Source: an uncultured virus (IMG/VR IMGVR_UViG_3300027747_004519)
Taxonomy: Duplodnaviria; Heunggongvirae; Uroviricota; Caudoviricetes
Strand: one strand, 5' to 3'
Length of the DNA stretch: 64,000 nucleotides
IMG/VR virus record: IMGVR_UViG_3300027747_004519
Below, one piece after another: positions 57,068 through 64,000 of this stretch. The translations under genes and the position numbers were made by a program. The first letter of the stretch is position 1; every line of letters starts with the position of its first letter. A model generated the notes under the pieces. It made no database searches. It had not been told where the DNA came from and was given only the letters and a program-made list of their open reading frames with translations.

Positions 57068-58909
57068 TTAAGCCAGAGTATCAGTAGTGCGAATTTGGAA
57101 TACTCGCAACTGTTGAGGAACCGTTGAACTATCAGAATAGCCAGTGGGATCCACATCGAGAGCTGCAAAACCCTCCTCAGATCTCCAGATGAACGAGTTA
57201 ATACGATTATAGTTGGTAACTTCGTTTTTACGAATTTCAAAAGGAGTACCAACACCGCGTCCAACCGCAGCATTACCAAAGGCGTAGCTAGTGCGAGTAA
57301 GCACGTTTGAAGTTGCACCGATAGTCTCGGTTTGCACACCTTCTGTACCAGCTATACCAACACTAAACGCGTTGGATTGGAAAATGTGGAAGTTGTAGTA
57401 AGTACCGATGTAGCCAGGGACTCTAGATCCGTTTACAGGTTGAACAACTCCGGGGTTTAGGATTGAAGTCATTCCCTCAATTTCATCTTTTGAAGCAATT
57501 CTGTAAAGTCCGGCTAAGCTATTTAGGAATTGAGCGGCAGCAGTAGGATGCAGCACCAACGCGTAACAACCGTCAGCAAAAGATTCGACTTGGCGACCCA
57601 ACATGTAAGCGTAAAGTTGAATCAGGAATTCTTTGCTAAGTACTCCAGATGGGTTTGCTGTGGTACTTACAGCAACGCTAGAGCCTGCGGTCGCAACGTT
57701 ACTGTTATTGTTGTAAAGTTTGACGCTTGTACCAGCATAAAGAGATCTTATTTTGAGATCTTCAAAATAAGCGTAACTTTGTCCTAAGTTGCGTTCCAAA
57801 AGATTCATCAAATCAAGCATGGAGTACGCTAGAACAAAGCTAGGCAAAGAAACTGGCTGGTTAACAGTACTTGGTTTACCTAATCCGTATTCTTTAAGAG
57901 TGATAGGTACTGTACCTGAGCTGATTTGTTGCAATGTGTTGTCCAGTGTGACAAAACTACCACTGCCGCTCAATTCCCAATCCGCTGGGTTAGAGGAAGC
58001 GGCTGAATAAGCAACTCGAGGAACCAGTACGTTAGATCCTTCGCCCTTGAGGTAATTAAATTCAGTTTGGGCGAATTGCCAAAACACAAAACGAGCTCTA
58101 TGAGTAGTTCGGATGATAGAACTTAGTGAATCAAGAAAAGCGCCAGAAATATCGCTTGCTTGAGTACTTGCTTGCTTTACGATTTCAGGGCTTGGGTTTA
58201 ATCCTTGAAGCAGTCCGTTTTTCTTAGCAAAAGCTTCAAGGTCTTTGATAAGCGAGTCTCTGTTTTCAGCCGCAAACTTATCAGCTTCACGAAAATCGTT
58301 CATCATATAGGCGTTGCCTAGTGAAGAGCGCTTGAGTACTGCAACAGATTTTTGTTTAATCGCTTCAAATTCGGCAAAGGCGCCAACCATGCGATCAGAA
58401 GTAGTAGATGTCAAAACGTTCAAAGCGGGAGTCTTAGCTTGTACCACTGGATTTGGGTTACCGTGTAGTTTGAATACTTCAGCCATACGCTTTTCAGCGA
58501 TTTTGGCATCTTTGAGCTTTGTATTGGTTTGTTTAAGTTCTGATTGAATACTTTCGATCTGTTCGCTGGTTTTGGCGGTCAAAGCTTCAAGGGTTGCCTT
58601 GTAGCTTTCGAGCTCTTGCTGGTGAGCCAAGTCTCGCTCTTGTAGGGTTTTTTCAATTTCTAATTCTTTGGCTTTGAGCTCAACTGCTAGCTTTTCTCCT
58701 TGGATTGCTGTGGCAGCATCGATAGCCTGCTTGATAAGGTCAGCGTTGCTAATTGCAGAAGCAGATGGGATAACTTCTTCTTGTTGCTGCTTAACTGCTT
58801 TTACGCTGTTGATCGAATTGGCTAAATCGTTTGTATTAACAATTTGTACCTGGTCGTTAGGGAAATTTAAATTTTCCTTAACTTCCGTGCGCACGGAACG
58901 TCTAGGCAT
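57068..58909 (-). CDS. Major capsid protein with N-terminal coiled-coil scaffold
   Basis: Coiled-coil N-terminus; ITLKEYG, YALVLHP, IGTYYNF, FG..AVG. Confidence 0.8.
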   Translation of the reverse strand: MPRRSVRTEVKENLNFPNDQVQIVNTNDLANSINSVKAVKQQQEEVIPSASAISNADLIKQAIDAATAIQGEKLAVELKAKELEIEKTLQERDLAHQQELESYKATLEALTAKTSEQIESIQSELKQTNTKLKDAKIAEKRMAEVFKLHGNPNPVVQAKTPALNVLTSTTSDRMVGAFAEFEAIKQKSVAVLKRSSLGNAYMMNDFREADKFAAENRDSLIKDLEAFAKKNGLLQGLNPSPEIVKQASTQASDISGAFLDSLSSIIRTTHRARFVFWQFAQTEFNYLKGEGSNVLVPRVAYSAASSNPADWELSGSGSFVTLDNTLQQISSGTVPITLKEYGLGKPSTVNQPVSLPSFVLAYSMLDLMNLLERNLGQSYAYFEDLKIRSLYAGTSVKLYNNNSNVATAGSSVAVSTTANPSGVLSKEFLIQLYAYMLGRQVESFADGCYALVLHPTAAAQFLNSLAGLYRIASKDEIEGMTSILNPGVVQPVNGSRVPGYIGTYYNFHIFQSNAFSVGIAGTEGVQTETIGATSNVLTRTSYAFGNAAVGRGVGTPFEIRKNEVTNYNRINSFIWRSEEGFAALDVDPTGYSDSSTVPQQLRVFQIRTTDTLA

Positions 58910-59138
58910 TATATATACTCCAGTTGATATATTATTACTAATTACATTTATACCATAAATACGTATTAGCTGTATTTAACGTACCTAAGCATATAGTTAC
59001 TAATAGCAACTAGAGCTATTGCCTAGCAATCTTTTACAAAAGCCAGTAGTTTTGCCGGCAACAGAAAAACCCCTAGAGCGCACTTTAGGGGTAGAATTAT
59101 TATTAAATTAGAAATACTGCAACAAGAACAACTAAACC

Positions 59139-59600
59139 ATGTCGATTGAACTATTCAAAGCTGACCTTGACGATTTGATATTAATAGCTCACCTAGTAAC
59201 CCATCCAACCAAAGCGCTCAATCGTAGAGAGCAGCTACTTACTAGGATTCTGTGGCAGGCTGACAGCAGGCAGATAGAGGGTAGATTTTTGCAAAACCTT
59301 GGCTCAATTAACAGGTTGCAGGCAGAATTGGTCAAAGCCCATGGCGCTCTGGTATACGTCAAGAGCGATCATAGCCAGCGCTTTTGCCAGAGAATGTACT
59401 CGATAGATACAAGCAGTTGGGATAATCGTTTTGCCGGCAACGGATTCCACCAAGATTTAAAACGAGAATACCGCAGGCAGATTGACGCGGCGCTGGCACA
59501 ATTTAACAAAGATCTCTTGGAGTTACTACAGCAGGAAATATCCAAGCATTACCCGTACATCTGGGGGTACATTGAATCTTCTGCGTATTTCTCCAGATAG
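59139..59600 (+). CDS. Hypothetical protein
   Basis: 153-aa ATG ORF. Confidence 0.65.
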   Translation: MSIELFKADLDDLILIAHLVTHPTKALNRREQLLTRILWQADSRQIEGRFLQNLGSINRLQAELVKAHGALVYVKSDHSQRFCQRMYSIDTSSWDNRFAGNGFHQDLKREYRRQIDAALAQFNKDLLELLQQEISKHYPYIWGYIESSAYFSR

Positions 59601-59627
59601 GCAAAAAAAATCCCCCTTTCGGGGGAG
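59601..59627 (-). terminator. Intrinsic terminator, twin of 26690-26717
   Basis: TCCCCC-GAAA-GGGGGA plus T8 on the minus strand. Confidence 0.9.
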
Positions 59628-59635
59628 TCTGTGGA

Positions 59636-59800
59636 CTACAGCCAGGGCCACCAACCTCTGGCTTTGAGCTCCCTGATGGAAGCTTGTGCGCTACCCAAGT
59701 CGGGAGCTTGTGGCTCGGGCTCGCCTTTAAGACGACGGGCAGTGCGGGCTACTTGTTCTTGCTGAACGAGGTCTAGGATTTCTTCAGGTGCGGTAAACAT
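59636..59800 (-). CDS. 54-aa orphan protein not in the ORF track, in a promoter-ORF-terminator cassette
   Basis: AAGGAG site; MFTAPEEILDLVQQ..LKARGWWPWL. Confidence 0.75.
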   Translation of the reverse strand: MFTAPEEILDLVQQEQVARTARRLKGEPEPQAPDLGSAQASIRELKARGWWPWL

Positions 59801-59809
59801 GAGCGGTAT

Positions 59810-60180
59810 CTCCTTATCGGGCTTATATATATATAATATGCGATATACCCTAGAAAATCAATAGGTATTTATACCTAATTTTAGGTATTTTCTTATAAAC
59901 TTTCTTATATATTCCTAGATATTTTAAGATTTTACTTATGTATAGCGATAATTGTATTGATAAACGTACGAATACCCGAAAAATACATAAGATATTCTGT
60001 CGATTTTGCTAAAACTCATCAGGATTTTGTATATCTGTTGCTATGTATCAATACAGTCATTACAATATATAAGCAAAATCTTAAAATATTTGAAAATACA
60101 TAAGATATCCTATAAAAAAATATTCAAAATTAGGTATAAATACCTATTGATTTCCTAGGGTATATCGCATATTATATATA
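59810..60180. promoter_or_regulatory. Back-to-back operator-bearing promoters; 59810-60034 is an inverted copy of 26200-26424
   Basis: Operators at 59862-59877 and 60131-60146, each with TTGATT-17-TATTAT. Confidence 0.88.
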
Positions 60181-60237
60181 GGCGAAAGAGGAAATGCCTC
60201 ACGCCACCCGTACCTTAACAATTTATAGGAAACCATC

Positions 60238-60540
60238 ATGCGTTATACTACCGCCGACGTTAAAGACCTTTTTTCCGTTGTTCCCGCTAGCGAGTTTAAC
60301 AAAACCGATATCGAGGAATTAGCCCAGAGTATCCTGCAAACCGGTGGCTGTCTAGCCCGACCCATCATCCTCAAGCAGATTCACCTAGAATCCCTTGAAG
60401 TGGTTGCAGGGCACCTCAGCTACCACGCAGCAGTCAAAGCCCGCGAGTTGGATCCTAGAAAGTGCGAGATGATCAACGCCTTCGTGGTGTCCGAAGATCA
60501 AATCGAGACTATCAAGTCTCAGCTTGCCATCTACAACTAA
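60238..60540 (+). CDS. Stand-alone ParB/Srx-like N-terminal domain, cyanobacterial type
   Basis: IEELAQSILQTGG..PIILK..EVVAGH..YHAAVKARELDPRK.EMINAFVV. Confidence 0.8.
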   Translation: MRYTTADVKDLFSVVPASEFNKTDIEELAQSILQTGGCLARPIILKQIHLESLEVVAGHLSYHAAVKARELDPRKCEMINAFVVSEDQIETIKSQLAIYN

Positions 60541-60598
60541 ATACCTTAAAACCCCTCCACTAACGAGGGGTTTTATAATACCTACAAGGAGAAATTAC

Positions 60599-60937
60599 AT
60601 GGGATTATCACAATCAGAAGAACTGCAAATTGCAGCAGCATCCGAGCTTATCAATCAAGGAATTGCGCTCATCGTGCCAGAAAAAGCAATATACCAGGCT
60701 ACCTACAAGGCTATATGCTATTGGTCAGTACTGGATGAAAACTTTATTACCAGCGCTGAAATTGCCAAGCGCACTGAGCAAGCCAGGGGGTTAGCGACCT
60801 TGCCCGGTCAGATTTCGCACATCCATATCTACTTGAGGATACTCCAAGCCAATGGGGTATCTATCAAGTGTGAAGAAAAGCAAGTGCGAGGCAAGCCAAA
60901 GTTATGGGCTAGCTCAGGCACATCTTCTGGGCAATAG
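60599..60937 (+). CDS. Hypothetical protein, possible HTH
   Basis: AAGGAG site; ITSAEIAKRT. Confidence 0.6.
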   Translation: MGLSQSEELQIAAASELINQGIALIVPEKAIYQATYKAICYWSVLDENFITSAEIAKRTEQARGLATLPGQISHIHIYLRILQANGVSIKCEEKQVRGKPKLWASSGTSSGQ

Positions 60938-61586
60938 AGCTATTGAGCACTCTGGCACTGGGACAATTGCCAGCCATTACCAAAGAGAGCTCCGCAGTAT
61001 CAATGTAGCCTCCACGAATCCAGTAGGGGGCTATATTTTCAGCTTTTACATTGCCGTGGATCTTGCCCACTGGCAAATAGTGCGGACAATCGTCATCCTC
61101 AAAGCTTGTATTGCAAATTGGACAGTAAGTTTGTTTATCGCTAAAGCCACCGATAGAAGCGTTAATTTTTCGGTTGTATTGCAGATCGTTAGTAATCGGG
61201 TGAGAGGTTTCCGTGACAACGTGGCACAGCAACTGATACAGTCCCTCTTGTTCTAGAATCTTGCTATCAATCTCGGGTCTAGGTGAGCGAGAAAGCATAT
61301 ACTCTTTAAGCTCAGGCGAGGGATTGGCATAATGCAATAGTGTTGCATCGTACACAAAACCGCACTGCTTGAGAACATCTTCCCAATCGTGATCTAACAT
61401 TAGTGGCTTGCCAGGGTAAGTGCGGGCCATCTGCTTAATGCTTGGCAAATCCCACCGAAACAAATCACAATGCAACAGATTATTACTAGCCAGGATATGA
61501 AAAGTACTAATGTCAGAATCGCTATATTCTGGGTGTCCATGCGGACGAAAACTATTAATTTTATTTAAAGTATCTGGATTTATCAT
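60909..61586 (-). CDS. Prohead maturation protease
   Basis: GKPLMLDHDW, ASIG, CPIC..CPHY, ELSLV. Confidence 0.8.
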   Translation of the reverse strand: MINPDTLNKINSFRPHGHPEYSDSDISTFHILASNNLLHCDLFRWDLPSIKQMARTYPGKPLMLDHDWEDVLKQCGFVYDATLLHYANPSPELKEYMLSRSPRPEIDSKILEQEGLYQLLCHVVTETSHPITNDLQYNRKINASIGGFSDKQTYCPICNTSFEDDDCPHYLPVGKIHGNVKAENIAPYWIRGGYIDTAELSLVMAGNCPSARVLNSSIAQKMCLS

Positions 61587-62253
61587 AAATTTGCTCTATA
61601 AGTATATCTAAACTATTATAGAGCAAACGTTCTTTAGGCATAGTATAGCTCTGGCTAAATTCAAAGTAGCACCGGCAATGGGAGCGACACTCACACTTTT
61701 CACCAACTGCTGGTAGTGAGCCCATAGGTTGCCAGCCAGCTTCAGCGTATTTTGGGCAATCAGCGCAGGGCTCTTTAGAGCTCAGTAACCTGCGCTCCCA
61801 CTTATAACCAGCGTCTGCATAAGAGTCCCTAGTTGCATTATTGAAAACAGTATGGGCAGCTTGTAAATACTGATTAGCCCTAGCTTGAATCTGGGCATCC
61901 GAAAGCTTGCCAGCATGCACATCTCGAGTGAAATTGCGCAAGAAAGTATATTGCTTTTGCAAATGGCGCCCTACGTTTGCCCAATCCGAAGTTGTAGCGG
62001 TGGGATTGGCAACTTTGTATGAACAGACCGTCACTTCCCTGATCGCATCAGCCAACTTGTTTTCCCAAGCAGCAATAGGGATTTTGCCAGAGCTATAATC
62101 TTGGTTTATCTGGGCAAAAGTACCCTTGTAGCTATCGATAAAATTCTGAGTGGCATCTCGCACTTTCGAGGTAGAAATGAACTGTCCTTTTTTGTTGCCA
62201 TCTGTGTAGTGGTAGCGCTGAGTGCGTTTGTTAAAAGAGAAGTTAGGAGACAC
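61561..62253 (-). CDS. MuF/gpF-like head morphogenesis protein
   Basis: QYTFLRNF..ARANQY..ERR.L..CADC..GWQP..C.CRSHCRC. Confidence 0.75.
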   Translation of the reverse strand: MSPNFSFNKRTQRYHYTDGNKKGQFISTSKVRDATQNFIDSYKGTFAQINQDYSSGKIPIAAWENKLADAIREVTVCSYKVANPTATTSDWANVGRHLQKQYTFLRNFTRDVHAGKLSDAQIQARANQYLQAAHTVFNNATRDSYADAGYKWERRLLSSKEPCADCPKYAEAGWQPMGSLPAVGEKCECRSHCRCYFEFSQSYTMPKERLLYNSLDILIEQIYDKSRYFK

Positions 62254-63154
62254 AAGCCATCTCCAGTTGTTTGACAGGGAAAAGCTCTGGAAAGCATAAG
62301 CGCTGCTTTTTATAAAGATCTAGTATGTAAGGATCTTGGCAGTTAGAATCTTTAATCCAAATGGACTCAGTGCGCTTTTTGTCTAGGTCTTGTCGCTTAG
62401 CTGCGCTCATCGTGGCAGCAAAATCTACTCTAGCCCAATCTGCCGGCACAACATCGTTAGGATAGCAACTCAATACAAATGAGCCTTTGATGTTTTTAAG
62501 TGTATCAATAAGGTCAATAAAATCCTCTCTGGTATAACCAGCGTAATGACCTTGATCTGCATCAATATAAGGCGGATCTATATAAAAAAGAGTTTGAGGA
62601 CTATCCCATCTTTTAATGCAAGCTAGCGCGTCTTCGTTGCTAATATGCGTTTGGGCAATTCGCTCTAATACTGCTTTGAGCCTTGCTTTGTGGTTATTAA
62701 AAGTTATTGCCTCATTGTGACTTTTAACGCTGGTTCTCCAGCCTCCAAACATTTTGTTTGCAAAGCTCATATTGCATTGCAGATAGACTGCCCAAGCAAT
62801 ATCTAAAGGATTATTTGAGGTTCGCTCTTTTAATATTTTTCTTGCTTTCTTGTGGTCGCTTTGGCTATATAGCGTTGCGTCAATTCTGGCAAAGAACTGC
62901 TCTGGCTGCTCTTTAGCCACTCGGTACATTGTTATAAGATCGTCATTAACGACGTTAATGACCTCACGATAATTATCGTTGTTTCCTGTGTGTAAATAGG
63001 GTTTGGCAAAAAGCATCGTTGCGCCTCCACAGAATGGCTCAACATAGACTGTATGCTGTGGAAAATGGGGCAGTATTTTTGAGACTAATCTTTGCTTGCC
63101 TCCATAGTAGGAGACAATCGGTTTATGATGCACTTTTGCTATTGTCATCTTCAA
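62243..63154 (-). CDS. dam: D12-class N6-adenine DNA methyltransferase
   Basis: YYGGKQRL, YVEPFCGG, FYIDPPY. Confidence 0.9.
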   Translation of the reverse strand: MKMTIAKVHHKPIVSYYGGKQRLVSKILPHFPQHTVYVEPFCGGATMLFAKPYLHTGNNDNYREVINVVNDDLITMYRVAKEQPEQFFARIDATLYSQSDHKKARKILKERTSNNPLDIAWAVYLQCNMSFANKMFGGWRTSVKSHNEAITFNNHKARLKAVLERIAQTHISNEDALACIKRWDSPQTLFYIDPPYIDADQGHYAGYTREDFIDLIDTLKNIKGSFVLSCYPNDVVPADWARVDFAATMSAAKRQDLDKKRTESIWIKDSNCQDPYILDLYKKQRLCFPELFPVKQLEMACVS

Positions 63155-63323
63155 TCTCAGCTTCTACAAGGTTTTTAAATTCATCCGGAGCGTGTTGCTG
63201 CCATGCTTTGAGCGCCTCGGATATCACCTCTGGAGTCAGTTTAGATTTGGCGCTGAGATCATGAAACGAGCCCAAGCCTTCGTCTTCGTTGCTCTGCTGG
63301 TTCAATATTGGATTGCTGCTCAT
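63123..63323 (-). CDS. Small acidic hypothetical protein
   Basis: ORF between portal and methyltransferase. Confidence 0.55.
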   Translation of the reverse strand: MSSNPILNQQSNEDEGLGSFHDLSAKSKLTPEVISEALKAWQQHAPDEFKNLVEAEIEDDNSKSAS

Positions 63324-63999
63324 TTGGTTGTGCTCCTTCGTTTATTAATCCAGTTTGTTGAATGTCCCAGATGGGCCACTCTATCCTATAGCGCCCATTT
63401 TCTAGATACCAATCGTAGCCCTTGCGCAATACTAGTTCAGTGTCGCAAACCTGCTTGATAGCCTTGGATAGGATTGAGCACCAAGACTGACGCATCCTGC
63501 CATATTTGCGGGCAGGTTCACCGGCAATATCCCGAGCTCCGGTATTATCTAGCCCAGGGAAAAACCACACTGGAAAGCCAGCGGGTATAATTTCGTATTT
63601 CCAATAATTGCAAACTTCAATCAAATTTCCTAGGTTTGGACTGGAGCTTTGAAGCATTTTAAGCTCTGTATTATTGAATAAGAACAAATCTGTAATGATC
63701 CCATCTAGCTGGCGGTTCTGGTAACTCTGTATATAAATTTGGCGATCCTGTTCGTCAAACTCGGGTGGTAATACATGCAAAATTGGATTTACACCTAAAG
63801 CTTTAGCTGCTTGGGCTAGAGCCAATGTTGCTTCTTTGAGATTGCCCCAAGCTTGCAGCGATTGCGCAAAAATCGATTGACCATAGAGAAACTGTCTATC
63901 GTGGCGCAAATGAACTATCTGGCAAGCGTCAAATTCTGCATCAGGATCGCGCGAGCTCATAAAGCGTCTTTGGTCAAATCCCTCTAGAAATCCTTGGTC
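63259..63999 (-). CDS. Portal protein, C-terminal part (runs off the window)
   Basis: QIVHLRH..LYGQS; frame open to the window edge; upstream of MuF, protease and capsid. Confidence 0.8.
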   Translation of the reverse strand, partial: DQGFLEGFDQRRFMSSRDPDAEFDACQIVHLRHDRQFLYGQSIFAQSLQAWGNLKEATLALAQAAKALGVNPILHVLPPEFDEQDRQIYIQSYQNRQLDGIITDLFLFNNTELKMLQSSSPNLGNLIEVCNYWKYEIIPAGFPVWFFPGLDNTGARDIAGEPARKYGRMRQSWCSILSKAIKQVCDTELVLRKGYDWYLENGRYRIEWPIWDIQQTGLINEGAQPNEQQSNIEPAEQRRRRLGLVS

Positions 64000-64000
64000 T

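Noticed and set aside
1..64000. tRNA or rRNA genes, group I/II introns, inteins in nrdA/terL
   Set aside because: No tRNA cloverleaf with a T-loop was recognised, and nrdA, nrdB and terL have normal uninterrupted lengths. This was by eye only; tRNAscan would be decisive.

Overview
AT-rich segment of a temperate, siphovirus-like cyanobacterial phage. It is probably in the free, non-integrated state, because an intact attP-like site lies next to the integrase and no host flank is seen. Replication and nucleotide genes: phoH, class Ia RNR nrdA/nrdB, Prim-Pol primase-helicase with a mirror-symmetric heptamer origin, dnaN clamp, thyA and dut. Lysogeny and packaging genes: tyrosine integrase, Xis-like gene, TerS/TerL, portal, protease and capsid. 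Tail genes: tail tube, a G/GT chaperone pair with a likely -1 frameshift, and a GTA-type baseplate with fibres. The most notable element is an array-less type IV-B CRISPR effector module (cysH-like, csf3, csf2, cas11, divergent csf1) with an adjacent Cas6 of the I-MYXAN/Cmx6 type. No CRISPR array is in the window. Instead there are two families of small structured ncRNA candidates (1-563, 25.85 kb), hairpin repeats punctuating a paralog array at 31 kb, and five strong promoters sharing the palindromic operator TAGGTATAAATACCTA, each driving small orphan genes. Also seen: a tandem NblA-like protein, an ArdA-like protein, and several gene-flanking direct repeats. All protein calls come from motifs recognised by eye; no database search was run.
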